DNA of 64,000 nucleotides, taken from contig CAVYUA010000003.1 of assembly GCA_963771605.1 (NCBI GenBank), positions 326,884 through 390,883 of the forward strand. The letters are read 5' to 3'. The notes under the pieces were generated by a model. That model was not told the origin of the DNA, ran no database searches, and was given only the letters and a program-made list of their open reading frames with translations. Below are positions 27,266 to 36,859 of this stretch, in pieces. Position 1 is the stretch's first letter. Every line of letters begins with the position of its first letter. The translations under genes were made by a program, and so were the position numbers. Source of the stretch: Vulcanimicrobiota bacterium. GTDB taxonomy: Bacteria; Vulcanimicrobiota; Vulcanimicrobiia; Vulcanimicrobiales; Vulcanimicrobiaceae.

Positions 27266-29723
27266 CAGCGAGATTTCGGCGGATGGTCTCTTGGTCGACG
27301 TGTGAGATCCTTTGCGGGCCGACGTGCACGTGAACCGCTTCGATGGAGCCCGTGAACGCGAACGGTACCCGGTCGGCGTACCGGCCGTCGACGGCGGTTA
27401 CATCGTCCAAGCCGACGGAGAACCCCTCGGTCCATGGGAACGCGAGCGGAATCGTTGCGTTGATTCGATGCGACGCCGCTCGCACACCGTCGACCACGAG
27501 CGTACCGGTACCGCCTTTGCCGAGACCGCCTCCGTCGTAGTCGAACGAAAATCCGATCCGATGCCGCCCCGGCGCAACCGGTTTCGACGATGTCCAGCGG
27601 TCCGTCTCGAGCGCCAACCGGTTGTAGGTGAACGTCGGCCGGCCGTTCTGGAGATACAGTGCGTAGCCGCCGAAGCGACCGCCCATCGCGACGATCACAC
27701 CGGATGTCGTTCGCGTCGTCGCGACATCGGCAACCATTTCGAACGAACGGTTGAGAACGGGCGGCGCTTCGTACGGAAAGACTTCCAGGATGCCGGGATG
27801 ATACGTGAAGTCGGTTCGTCCCGCCGTGAGGCTGGGTCTGGGATCGAGCACCGATGCGTTGACCTTGATCGGGAACACATGGTCCTGCATTCCGACAGCC
27901 ATGAACCGCTCTTGCAGGCTCTTGAGGATGTCGGGGTGCGCTCCGGCAACATCGTCGATTTGCGTCCAATCATCGTCCGGACTAGCGTGATAGAGATGCC
28001 ACGTCGCCGCCGCCCACGGGTCGAACACGGGCGGTTGCGAGCCGGTCTGCCACGGCCTGCGGAACGGCTCGCTCGACGCGATCCAGCCGTCGCGATAGTA
28101 CGCGAACGTTCCGAGCAGCTCGAAGTACTGTTCGTGGTGCGCCGTTGGAACGCCGGCGGACTGCATCGTCGGCAGCAGGCTCGTTCCTTCGATCGGAATC
28201 TGTGCCACGCCGTCGACGGTGCCCGGCTGGACGATCCCGGCGGCATCGAGGATCGTCGGCGCGATGTCGGTGACGTGCGCGAATTGCGTCCGCACGCCGC
28301 CTGGATCAGGAATGTGCTTCGGCCATACGATCGTCATTCCGTTCGTGGTGCCGCCGAAGTACGACGCGATTTGCTTCGTCCATTTGAACGGTGTGTCCAT
28401 CGCCCACGCCCATGGCGCGGCGAAGTGGTTGAACGTGGACGGTCCGCCCCAGTCCTTGAGCATCGGCACCATCTGCGCAACGGATAATTGAAGGCCCTGA
28501 TAGGCTTGAAATTCGCTCGGCGTTCCGTTCAGCGTTCCCTCGGCGCTGGCGCCGTTGTCGCCGTTGATGTAAATGATGAGCGTGTTGTCGAGCCGATGCG
28601 TAGCGCGGAACCCCTCGATCACGCGATGGACTTCATAATCGGTCTCGGAGAGGTAAGCGGCGAACACCTCCATCTGCCGCGCATACACCTTGCGTTGCGT
28701 CGGGGAAAGCGACGACCACTTCGGCAAGTCGTCCGGCCACGGCGAGAGGCGGACCCCCTTTGGAATCTCGCCGAGCATCTGCTGCCGCGCGAACGTAAAG
28801 TCGCGGTAGGCATTCCAGCCGTAGTCGAACTTGCCGCGGAATTTGTCGACCCAGTCCTTCGTCGGCTGGTGCGGAGCGTGCGCGGCTCCGGGCGCATAGT
28901 ACAGAAACAGCGGGCGCGCGGGATCCAAATCAGTCAGCTGATTGACCCAGCCGACGGCGCGATCGGCAAGATCGACGTTCAGGTTATAATCAGGCTTGCC
29001 GTAATACGGAAAGATCGGCGTCGTGTTCTGGTAGAGCATCGGTGCCCACTGGTCGGTCTCGCCGCCAAGAAAGCCGTAAAAGTAATCGAAGCCTTGACGG
29101 GTCGGCCAATGATCGAACGGCCCCGCGGCGGTTTCCTCGGCCGGCGGAATATTGTGCTCTTTTCCGAACCAGGCCGTCGCGTAGCCGTTGGCCTGAAGAA
29201 TGCGCGCGACGGTTGCGGCCTCGGGCGGGATGATCGCATCGTATCCCGGGAAGCCCGACGAAACCTCGTCGATGACGCCGAAACCCACCGTATGATGGTT
29301 GCGCCCCGTCATCAACGCGGCCCGCGTCGGCGAGCACATCGCCGTCGTGTGGAAGTTGACGTAGCGCAAACCTTGCTTCGCCAGCGCGTCCTCGTACGGC
29401 ATCGGAATCATTCCGCCATAGGTGCTCGGGGCACCGAATCCGACGTCGTCGAGCAGAATCAAGAGAATGTTCGGCGCGGTTTTCGGAGGCGCGATCTTGG
29501 GTGCCCACCACGCACGCGAGCGCAGGACCGACGTGTCGATCACGCCGCCGTACGTCGGAGCCGGCGCGGGGATGACCGTGCTCGCTCCGATGGAGCGCGT
29601 GGCGGTAAGCGATGACACATCGGTGACCACGCCGTCCGGCGATCGAACATCCTCGGCGATCGCTACCGCTCCCACAACCGCCGCGGCAAACAGGGCCGGC
29701 AGGATCCACTTCAGGCCGCGCAC
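27243..29723 (-). CDS. Large exported Cys-type arylsulfatase with a C-terminal beta-rich domain
   Basis: 826 aa with a signal peptide MRGLKWILPALFAAAVVGAVAIA. PNILLILLDDVGFG and the C-x-P-x-R signature MCSPTRAALMTGRNHH. Confidence 0.9.
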   Translation of the reverse strand: MRGLKWILPALFAAAVVGAVAIAEDVRSPDGVVTDVSSLTATRSIGASTVIPAPAPTYGGVIDTSVLRSRAWWAPKIAPPKTAPNILLILLDDVGFGAPSTYGGMIPMPYEDALAKQGLRYVNFHTTAMCSPTRAALMTGRNHHTVGFGVIDEVSSGFPGYDAIIPPEAATVARILQANGYATAWFGKEHNIPPAEETAAGPFDHWPTRQGFDYFYGFLGGETDQWAPMLYQNTTPIFPYYGKPDYNLNVDLADRAVGWVNQLTDLDPARPLFLYYAPGAAHAPHQPTKDWVDKFRGKFDYGWNAYRDFTFARQQMLGEIPKGVRLSPWPDDLPKWSSLSPTQRKVYARQMEVFAAYLSETDYEVHRVIEGFRATHRLDNTLIIYINGDNGASAEGTLNGTPSEFQAYQGLQLSVAQMVPMLKDWGGPSTFNHFAAPWAWAMDTPFKWTKQIASYFGGTTNGMTIVWPKHIPDPGGVRTQFAHVTDIAPTILDAAGIVQPGTVDGVAQIPIEGTSLLPTMQSAGVPTAHHEQYFELLGTFAYYRDGWIASSEPFRRPWQTGSQPPVFDPWAAATWHLYHASPDDDWTQIDDVAGAHPDILKSLQERFMAVGMQDHVFPIKVNASVLDPRPSLTAGRTDFTYHPGILEVFPYEAPPVLNRSFEMVADVATTRTTSGVIVAMGGRFGGYALYLQNGRPTFTYNRLALETDRWTSSKPVAPGRHRIGFSFDYDGGGLGKGGTGTLVVDGVRAASHRINATIPLAFPWTEGFSVGLDDVTAVDGRYADRVPFAFTGSIEAVHVHVGPQRISHVDQETIRRNLADAALAAQ

Positions 29724-29724
29724 T

Positions 29725-30747
29725 TCAGCTCGTGTAGCCGCCCGCTTGCGCGTTCCACTGCTGGACGGTCACGGTATCGCCGGCGATCGTCATGCGTGTG
29801 AGGTCGTTGCCGACTACGAACGCGCCGCCGTAGCCGGAGCGAACGCGCGCCTCGACCTGCGCCGGGGTGGCGCCGATCAGCACCAGATGCGTCAGCGCCG
29901 CGAACTTCGGTTTCGTGCGCGTGAAGACGACCGCACATTCCTCGGGGCTCGTGTGGTGCGCGGCCGACGCGAGCGCGTCGGCGTTGTCGCGCCACTCATC
30001 GGAGTAGGCGCAGACCTCGTGCACCATCACGTCGATCCCGGCCGCGTGCCGGATCAGGTTCTCGTTGAGCTTCGTGTCACCCGAGACGAGCACGGCGTGG
30101 CCGCCGTAGTCGATGCGATAGCCGTACGCCGGTTTGACGAGCGGGCCGTGGTCGACCTCGAACGCCGTCACGATCACGCCGCGTTCTTCGAAGATGACGC
30201 CGTCGTGCGCGAATTCGTGGGCGTCGATGCGCGTGGCCGCCGGCGAGAGTCCCTCGTCGGCCGTGCGGATGCGCACGTCATCGCCGAACGCGGCCAGCAA
30301 ATTGCCCGCCATGCGGGCCGTCCCGGGCGGACCGTAGAGACGCAGCGGAACCGTGCGCGCTTCGCGCAGCGCCGGGTTCGCCGAGGGCGGCCGCCGGCCG
30401 ATGTAACTCGTCATCCAGATGTCGGGCAGTGCGTTGACGTGATCGGAGTGAAAGTGCGTCAAGAACACCGCGCTGATGTCCAGCGGCAGGCCGACTTGCG
30501 AGATGCGGATCGGACAGCCGCGACCGGCATCGAACAGCAGCGCCATTCCGGCCACTTGCACGAGCGTCGCGGGACCGAAGCGATTGGGCGAGGGGCCCGG
30601 CGCGCCGGTTCCGAGCAGCGTGACGGCGATCGCGCCGGCCGGCGGCTCGGCGGCGGCAACGGTTGCGGGCGCGTCGAGCACGGAGAGGAAATCCCAACCG
30701 AGGAACGCCGCACCCGAACCGAGGACGTCTTTCCGACTGACCGGCAT
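29725..30747 (-). CDS. MBL-fold metallo-hydrolase (RNase Z / AtsA-like), exported-type
   Basis: 340 aa. The N-terminus MPVSRKDVLGSGAAFLG...ATVAAA resembles a weak Tat/Sec leader. H-x-H-x-D-H in LTHFHSDHVN. Same subfamily layout as 22448..23503. Its stop lies 1 nt before the sulfatase start. Confidence 0.78.
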   Translation of the reverse strand: MPVSRKDVLGSGAAFLGWDFLSVLDAPATVAAAEPPAGAIAVTLLGTGAPGPSPNRFGPATLVQVAGMALLFDAGRGCPIRISQVGLPLDISAVFLTHFHSDHVNALPDIWMTSYIGRRPPSANPALREARTVPLRLYGPPGTARMAGNLLAAFGDDVRIRTADEGLSPAATRIDAHEFAHDGVIFEERGVIVTAFEVDHGPLVKPAYGYRIDYGGHAVLVSGDTKLNENLIRHAAGIDVMVHEVCAYSDEWRDNADALASAAHHTSPEECAVVFTRTKPKFAALTHLVLIGATPAQVEARVRSGYGGAFVVGNDLTRMTIAGDTVTVQQWNAQAGGYTS

Positions 30748-30811
30748 AGCCGACTGCTGTTAGGCGCGCCGGCACGGTTTGTCCTCCGGCTAACCGGCCG
30801 AGCCGGGCGTG

Positions 30812-31378
30812 TCAGTCGTTATATTGCGTGCCGTACGGGCTTTCCGTGATCGAGTCGATGTGCTCGGATGCGAGGACCCAGTTTCCGCTGTCGTTTTGCA
30901 TCCAGGTCAGCGTTCGCTGCGAGGATTCCGACTGTGCCGTCGGTCCCCGGTCGGCCGCGAGCAGGTTGGCGGTATCCATGTCGGTGACGTGTTCGGTAAT
31001 CGTGGTACCGTCGCTCGTCATCGGGCCGTAACTGAGGTTGCGCTGATAACCGCTCTCCTCGAGATTACGCGTCGTCGCGCGGGCGATCAGCTGGGTGCCA
31101 TCGATCGTCGAGCCGTCCGGATACGTCACTTTGAAGCTCGGTGCCGTGATGGCGTTGAAGTCGGCGAGCTTGGTGTAGTGAACGGCGTCGAAGAACTGTT
31201 CGGTGAGCGACTTGATCGAGTTCATCTGATCTTGCGTGGGCATCTGCGGCGCGCTCGATTGCGCCTGATCGGGGGCGGGCATTTGCGCGTTATCTTGGGC
31301 CGATACCGCTAGCGGTGCTGCCAGGAGCAGCGTCGCTGCGGCCGTTGCAACTGCGCGAGAGATATGATGCTTTTTCAT
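30812..31378 (-). CDS. Exported hypothetical protein (possibly NTF2/SnoaL-like fold)
   Basis: Start at MKKHHISRAVATAAATLLLAAPLAVSA (signal peptide), then a Gln/Pro-rich linker and a ~130-aa domain (LTEQFFDAV...TLTWMQNDSGNWVLASEHID). The family call is a guess. Confidence 0.45.
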   Translation of the reverse strand: MKKHHISRAVATAAATLLLAAPLAVSAQDNAQMPAPDQAQSSAPQMPTQDQMNSIKSLTEQFFDAVHYTKLADFNAITAPSFKVTYPDGSTIDGTQLIARATTRNLEESGYQRNLSYGPMTSDGTTITEHVTDMDTANLLAADRGPTAQSESSQRTLTWMQNDSGNWVLASEHIDSITESPYGTQYND

Positions 31379-31447
31379 GCTGCACGTATACCGCCGGCAC
31401 CGCAAAAATCACGTACGAGACGCTCGCTCGGATACAACGCTTGTAGG

Positions 31448-32170
31448 TTAGGTCTCGCCGAGAAACTGCCGCCGCACGTCGTCGCTGGCAAGAATTTCGC
31501 CGGCCGTGCCCTCCATCACACTGCGGCCTTCGCTGATCACGTATGCGCGGGAAGCGAGCGCCAGCGCGTGCGTCACGTTTTGCTCGACCAGCACGACCGA
31601 CGTACCGTCACCGCCGATTTGACGCACCAGCGCGAAGATCTCGAGCGTTATCTTCGGTGAGAGACCGAGCGAGGGTTCGTCCATCAGCAGAACGCTCGGC
31701 TCCGACATCAGCGCCCGCGCGATCGCAACGATCTGCTGCTGACCGCCTGACAGCGTGCCGGCATAGCGCTTCGCGAGGCCGGGCAGTGTGGCGAAACGCT
31801 CGTACATTTGCGCGATCCGGCGGCGGGCGCGTTTGCGAACGCGCGGAACGTGCGCGCCCAGCATGAGGTTCTCTTCGACCGTCATGTCGCGGAAGAGATT
31901 GCGGCCTTCGGGTACCATCGCGAGACCGCGTTCAACGATCTCGCTCGGGCGCCGACCGTCGATCCGCGCGCCGTCGAAGGTGACGCTGCCGCCGGTCGGG
32001 TGGATGATGCCGACGATGCTGCGCAACGTCGTGGTCTTGCCGGCGCCGTTCGAGCCGACGATGCTGACGATCTCGCCCGGCGCAACGCGGAACGAGATGT
32101 CGTGCAGCACTTTGAAGTCGCCGTACTGCGCGCTGAGACCCGCGACTTCGAGCGTTCCGCCCGGCATCAC
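31448..32170 (-). CDS. livF: Branched-chain amino acid-type (HAAT family) ABC transporter ATP-binding protein, LivF-like
   Basis: 240 aa. Walker A GSNGAGKTT, signature LSGGQQQ, Walker B VLLMDEPS. A 4-nt overlap links it to the livG-like gene. Confidence 0.88.
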   Translation of the reverse strand: MMPGGTLEVAGLSAQYGDFKVLHDISFRVAPGEIVSIVGSNGAGKTTTLRSIVGIIHPTGGSVTFDGARIDGRRPSEIVERGLAMVPEGRNLFRDMTVEENLMLGAHVPRVRKRARRRIAQMYERFATLPGLAKRYAGTLSGGQQQIVAIARALMSEPSVLLMDEPSLGLSPKITLEIFALVRQIGGDGTSVVLVEQNVTHALALASRAYVISEGRSVMEGTAGEILASDDVRRQFLGET

Positions 32171-32895
32171 AATACCTCCAGCGGCGCGCCGAGGTAGGCT
32201 TCGATCACGCGCGGGTCGGAACGGATTTCGGCCGGCGTTCCCTCAGCGATCTTCTGACCGTAGTCGAGCACGACGATGCGGTGCGAGATGCGCATCACCA
32301 AGCGCATTACGTGCTCGATGCCAGCGATCGCCGCGATGCCGCGCTGGGGCAGCGCCAGGATGAACTCGGCCATCGTGTCCATCTCGGAGGGCGTCAAGCC
32401 GGCCATCACTTCATCGAGCAGCAACAGGCGCGGCCGCAGCGCCAGCGCGCGCGCGACCTCGAGGCGCTTGCGCTGGGTGAGGGTGAGCGTGCCGGCGTTG
32501 CGGTCGGCCAGCGCGCCGAGCCCGACGAACTCGACGACCTCGCGGGCCGCCGCGCGCGCGCCGCGCAGGGTGCGTTCGTGGACGAGCGCGCCGACGGCCA
32601 CGTTGTCGACCACGCTCAAGCGTCCGAACGGCCGTACGATCTGGTTCGTGCGCCCGATGCCCAGCCGCGCGATGCGGTGCGGCGCGCGTCCGCGCAGCGT
32701 CTGCCCATCGAGCAGAACGGAGCCCTGCAGCGGGTGCAAGAGCCCGCTGATCACGTTGAACAGCGTCGTTTTGCCGGCACCGTTGGGGCCGATGATCGAG
32801 AGGATCTCGCCCTCGTTCACCGCGAGCGACACGTCGTCGAGCGCCTTGACGCCGCCGAAGGCGAAGCTGACGTTGCGGACTTCGAGTAACGGCAT
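32167..32895 (-). CDS. livG: HAAT-family ABC transporter ATP-binding protein, LivG-like
   Basis: 242 aa. LLEVRNVSFAFGGVKALDDVS, Walker A GPNGAGKTT, Walker B LLLLDEVMAG. Confidence 0.88.
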   Translation of the reverse strand: MPLLEVRNVSFAFGGVKALDDVSLAVNEGEILSIIGPNGAGKTTLFNVISGLLHPLQGSVLLDGQTLRGRAPHRIARLGIGRTNQIVRPFGRLSVVDNVAVGALVHERTLRGARAAAREVVEFVGLGALADRNAGTLTLTQRKRLEVARALALRPRLLLLDEVMAGLTPSEMDTMAEFILALPQRGIAAIAGIEHVMRLVMRISHRIVVLDYGQKIAEGTPAEIRSDPRVIEAYLGAPLEVL

Positions 32896-32896
32896 C

Positions 32897-33868
32897 TTAC
32901 GGCAGCTCCGCGCCGGGCCGCGTGCCGCCCATGCGCATCCCCGAAGCCGCCGGCGGCGTCTTCGGCCGTTGCAGCCACACGGTGGCAGCCGGGACGATGC
33001 CGCGCGGCAAGACGATCAGCAGCGCCACGAGCAAACCGCCGAAAATCATCAGGTACGCTTGCGGAAAGTTGGCCCACAGCGCTTCGGAGACTTGCGTCAT
33101 CAGCACCGCGCCCACCAGCGGTCCCCACAGCGTGCCGATTCCGCCCAAGATCGCCATCACGATCGACTGCAGGTCGACGCGCGCCGAAAACGCCGACGAC
33201 GGCTCGATGTAGGTGAGAAACCAGGCGTAGCCGCCGCCGAGCAAACCCGGAATGATCGCGCTGATGATGAACGCCGACACCTTGGCGCGCGTCGTCGCCA
33301 CGCCGAGCGTCGCGGCGATCGCTTCATCCTCGCGGATCGCCTGCAGGCGCAGGCCGAACGCGCTGCGGTCGATCCACCACGTCACGGCGAACGCGCCGCC
33401 GGCGACCGCGAGCGTCCAGTAGTACACCGGCAGCAGGCTGCTGCCCGGCGGCAGGTACATGCCGCTGCCGCCGCCGAGCGCGGTCGAGGAGCTGGCCAGA
33501 ACGCGCACCGTCTGCGCGAGGCCGAGCATGCCCAGCGCAAAGAACGGCCCGCGCAGCCGCAGCATCACGGCCCCGATCGGCACGGCCAGAAGGCCGCACA
33601 ACACGCCGCCTAGCAGCGCGCCGAGCGTCCAGTCCCAGTGCAGGTTCACCACCACCGCACCCGTCGTGTACGCGCCGATCCCGAAGAACGCGATCTGGCC
33701 GAACGAGAAATAGCCCGCGTAGCCCGAGATGATGTTGAACCCGTACGCGAGGCCGACGAACAGCACGGTTTGATAGAGCAGGTTCAGCCAGTAGCCGTTG
33801 ATGTGCAACGGCGCGGCGATCAGTGCGGCGAGCGCGAGCGCGGCCAGGATCCAGCCGGCCGTCCTCAC
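32897..33868 (-). CDS. livM: HAAT-family ABC transporter permease, LivM-like
   Basis: Start set at GTG 33868 (VRTAGWILAALALAALIAAP), overlapping the livH stop (GTGA). Motif GYAGYFSFGQIAFFGIGAYT. The ORF-track 5' extension is an Arg-rich artefact. Confidence 0.85.
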   Translation of the reverse strand: MRTAGWILAALALAALIAAPLHINGYWLNLLYQTVLFVGLAYGFNIISGYAGYFSFGQIAFFGIGAYTTGAVVVNLHWDWTLGALLGGVLCGLLAVPIGAVMLRLRGPFFALGMLGLAQTVRVLASSSTALGGGSGMYLPPGSSLLPVYYWTLAVAGGAFAVTWWIDRSAFGLRLQAIREDEAIAATLGVATTRAKVSAFIISAIIPGLLGGGYAWFLTYIEPSSAFSARVDLQSIVMAILGGIGTLWGPLVGAVLMTQVSEALWANFPQAYLMIFGGLLVALLIVLPRGIVPAATVWLQRPKTPPAASGMRMGGTRPGAELP

Positions 33869-34734
33869 GTGGTCCGCCGGCCGAACAACCCTTGCGGCAG
33901 CACCAGCATGACCAGCACGAAGAGCACGTACGGCGCCGCATCGGCCAGCGTGGAGCCGGCGTAATAGCTCGCGAACGCCTGCGCGAAGCCAAGCACGAGC
34001 GCGCCGAGGAGCGCGCCCGCATAGCTGCCGAGTCCGCCGATCGCAACGACCGCGAAGGCGCTGATCGTGAACGGGATGCCGTCGTCGGGCGTGAACGTGT
34101 AGACGTAGCTCAGCAGCGTTCCGGCCATGGCCGCAACGGCCGAGCCGAGCCCGAAACTGATCGTGCGCACCATATCCGCATCCACGCCGCAGGCGAGCGC
34201 GCCGTCGAGGTTCATGCTCGTGGCGCGAATCGCGCGCCCGATCGTGGTGTAGCGCAAGAACGCGCCGAGCAATGCCGCGATAACGATCGCCGCCACAAAC
34301 GCCAGCAACCGCGCTTGCGGAACCGAGATCGCGCCCAGCTGGATCGCCCCGGTGAGATAGGGTACCGATTGGAAGTGGCCGCCGAAGATCGCCAGGCCGG
34401 CGCCGGCCAGAAAGTAGGAGAGCCCGAACGTCAGCGTCAGCGAGGATGCTTCGCCCGAGGCGATCTCGGCCGGCAAGCGCCGCAGCAGAAAGCGCTGAAT
34501 CGCCGCGCCGATGACGAACCCGCCCAGCGCCGTGAACGGCAAGAGCAGCAGCGGGTTGATGTGCCAATGCGCGTAGGCGAACGCGCACGTCAGCGCCGCG
34601 ATCACGATCAGATCGCCGTGCGCGAGATTGACCACGCGCATCACGCCGAAGATGATGTTGAAGCCCAGCGCCGAGAGCGCGAGAACGCCGCCCAGCAACA
34701 AACCGTTGACGATCAGCTGAACGACGGTATCCAT
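33865..34734 (-). CDS. livH: HAAT-family ABC transporter permease, LivH-like
   Basis: 289 aa. MDTVVQLIVNGLLLGGVLALSALGFNIIFGVMRVVNLAHGD is the typical LivH N-terminus. Confidence 0.88.
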   Translation of the reverse strand: MDTVVQLIVNGLLLGGVLALSALGFNIIFGVMRVVNLAHGDLIVIAALTCAFAYAHWHINPLLLLPFTALGGFVIGAAIQRFLLRRLPAEIASGEASSLTLTFGLSYFLAGAGLAIFGGHFQSVPYLTGAIQLGAISVPQARLLAFVAAIVIAALLGAFLRYTTIGRAIRATSMNLDGALACGVDADMVRTISFGLGSAVAAMAGTLLSYVYTFTPDDGIPFTISAFAVVAIGGLGSYAGALLGALVLGFAQAFASYYAGSTLADAAPYVLFVLVMLVLPQGLFGRRTT

Positions 34735-34753
34735 TACGGGCGCTCGAAGCGAA

Positions 34754-35959
34754 TCAGAGCTGGGTCGTCCAATCGCGCTCTTCCAGCTCGCGCTTTAACC
34801 GCGCCATGAACTTGCCGGCGGTCGAACCGTCGAAGGCGCGGTGATCCCACGACATGCAGAGATACATGCGGCGCCGCACCGCGATCCCGCCCGCATGGGG
34901 AACGACGCGTTCTTCGACCGCATCGGTTGAGAGCGTCGCGACGTTGGGCGTGTTGATGATCGGTGCGGTCATCAGCGTGCCGTACGAACCGTTGTTGGTG
35001 AGCGTGAACGTCGAGCCCGCGTAGTCGGAAGCGGCCAGCTTCCCCGAGCGCGCGTCCGCGCCGGCGCCCGCAATCGCGCGGGCTAGGCCGGTCACCGTGA
35101 GGCCGTCGGCGTTGCGGATCACCGGGACCACGAGGCCCTCTTCATCGAGGTCTACGGCAATCCCGAGATGCACGGCATCGTTGTAGACGAGCGCGTTGCC
35201 GTCGATGCGCGCGTTGACGGCCGGAAACGCCCGCAGCGCTTCGACCGCGGCCCGCGCGATGAACGGCAGGTAGGTCAGGCTCGTGCCTTCGCGCGCGGCG
35301 AACTTCTCGCGCTCGGCCAGCCGCACGGCGTTGACGTTCTCCATATCCGCTTCGATCACCGAGAACACGTCGGCGACCATGCGCTTCGAGGCGAGCACGT
35401 TCGTCGCGACGCGCGCGCGCAGCGGCGAGAACGGCACGCTGCGGCCGCCGGCGACCGGCGCCACCACCGGGGAGGCCGACGGAGCGGGCGTGGCTGCGGG
35501 AGCGGGGCCGGGCGCCGCGGTGACGAGCGCCAGCATGTCGGTGCGGGTGATGCGTCCGCCCGGTCCCGTGCCGTGCACGGCGCTCAGATCGATGCTGTGT
35601 TCGCGCGCCAGCCGGCGCACGACCGGCGAGTGCAAGTGCGCGCGCGAAGCGGAACTGCCGTTGCGCGCGGCAGCTGCCGGCGCAGCGGGAACGGCCGCGG
35701 CCGTAACCGGAACGCGCGCGTCCGCAACGCCGTCGATGCGGGCGAGCTCCGTGCCGACCGGAACCGTGGTGCCGTCGGGAACGAGGATCTCGCGCAGCAC
35801 GCCCGCGTAGAGCGAGGGGATCTCGGTGTTGACCTTGTCGGTGGCAACCTCGAAGAGCGGCTCGTCGACGGCGACGTTGTCGCCGACGGCCTTGAGCCAG
35901 CGTACGACCGTGCCTTCGGAGACGCTCTCGCCGAGCTGCGGCATGGCGACCGCGGTCAT
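34754..35959 (-). CDS. Dihydrolipoamide acyltransferase (E2) of a 2-oxoacid/acetoin-type dehydrogenase complex
   Basis: 401 aa from MTAVAMPQLGESVSEGTV. Lipoyl-Lys context EVATDKVNTEIPS, E3/E1-binding domain SPVVRRLAREHSIDLSAVHGTGPGGRITRTD, and catalytic DHRAFDG. Its ATG overlaps the stop of the upstream dehydrogenase (ATGA). Confidence 0.9.
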   Translation of the reverse strand: MTAVAMPQLGESVSEGTVVRWLKAVGDNVAVDEPLFEVATDKVNTEIPSLYAGVLREILVPDGTTVPVGTELARIDGVADARVPVTAAAVPAAPAAAARNGSSASRAHLHSPVVRRLAREHSIDLSAVHGTGPGGRITRTDMLALVTAAPGPAPAATPAPSASPVVAPVAGGRSVPFSPLRARVATNVLASKRMVADVFSVIEADMENVNAVRLAEREKFAAREGTSLTYLPFIARAAVEALRAFPAVNARIDGNALVYNDAVHLGIAVDLDEEGLVVPVIRNADGLTVTGLARAIAGAGADARSGKLAASDYAGSTFTLTNNGSYGTLMTAPIINTPNVATLSTDAVEERVVPHAGGIAVRRRMYLCMSWDHRAFDGSTAGKFMARLKRELEERDWTTQL

Positions 35960-36850
35960 GGCGCCATCGGGATCTCGAGCTTCTCGCCGGCCGCGTTCGC
36001 GAGCACGTAGTAGAGGATCGAGAAATCGTGATGCGAGAGCCCCTGGCCGCGCGCCGCGGTCAGCCACGCGTTGGTGGTCGAGGTGGTCGGCAACGGCACG
36101 CCGAGCTTTTCGCCCGAGCTGCAGCGCGAGATCGAGGTCCTTCTGCATCATCGTGCAGTCGAACCAGGCTTTCTGCGGCTGTTCCTTGATCAGCGGCGCG
36201 CGGTACTGCAGCATCGGCGAGGCGGTCGCGCCGCTCAGCATGATGTCGAGCGCGACGTCGCGCGGGATGCCGCTCTTCACCGCCAGCAGCAAGCCTTCGC
36301 TGAGCGCGAGGATCTGCGTCGAGAGCTGCAGGTTGAGGGCGATCTTCATCGTCTTCGCTTGGCCGATATCGCCGACGTGAAACACCTTCGGCCCGATCGC
36401 TTCGAGCGTCGGGCGCACGCGTTCGAGCGCGGCTTTGTCGCCGCCGACCATGATCAGCAGTTTGCCCTGCTGGATCGAGACCTGGCTGCCGAGCACCGGC
36501 GCATCGAGCAGCTCGCCGCCGGCGGCTTTCGTCTTCTGCGCCAAAGCCTGCACGTGTGCGACGCCGACCGTGCTCATCTCGACGAGCGTCTTGCCGGAGA
36601 TCGCGGCCAGAATGCCGTCGGGTCCTTCGGTCACCGCGGTCAGTGCGTGGTCGTTGGTGAGCATCGTCAGCACGACGTCGCTCGCGGCCGTGACGGCGCG
36701 CGGCGAATCGGCCCACTTCATGCCCTTCGCGATCAGCGGCTCGGCCTTGCTCTTGGTGCGGTTCCAGCCGACGACGTCGATCTTTGCGAGCAGCAGCCGA
36801 TCGACGAAGCCGCTGCCCATCTCACCGGTGCCAACCATTCCAACCGTCAT
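35956..36850 (-). pseudogene. NAD(P)-dependent beta-hydroxyacid dehydrogenase (3-hydroxyisobutyrate / 6-phosphogluconate dehydrogenase-like) with one +1 frame disruption
   Basis: N-terminal Rossmann VGMVGTGEMGSG. After ...MMQKDLDLALQLG the frame slips. The alternative frame (my translation) continues EKLGVPLPTTSTTNAWLTAARGQGLSHHDFSILYYVLANAAGEKLEIPMAP*. The slip is at CCC 36113-36115. The span is 3n+1. In the ORF track this produces a false 698-aa fusion with E2. Confidence 0.8.
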
Positions 36851-36859
36851 GAAAAGTCC

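Noticed and set aside
17326-30747. Sulfatase island as a horizontally acquired genomic island or mobile element.
   Set aside because: There is no integrase, transposase, flanking tRNA or direct repeats. Composition and codon style look like the rest of the window. I have no basis to call it mobile.
34754-36850. 698-aa ORF that looks like a fusion of a 6PGDH/HIBADH-type dehydrogenase with a lipoyl-E2 acyltransferase.
   Set aside because: The junction segment (LGRKARRAVADHLDHQRVADRG...) is out-of-frame read-through. Removing one base at 36113-36115 restores a normal dehydrogenase C-terminus ending in TGA, which overlaps the E2 ATG at 35959. These are two genes, not a fusion.
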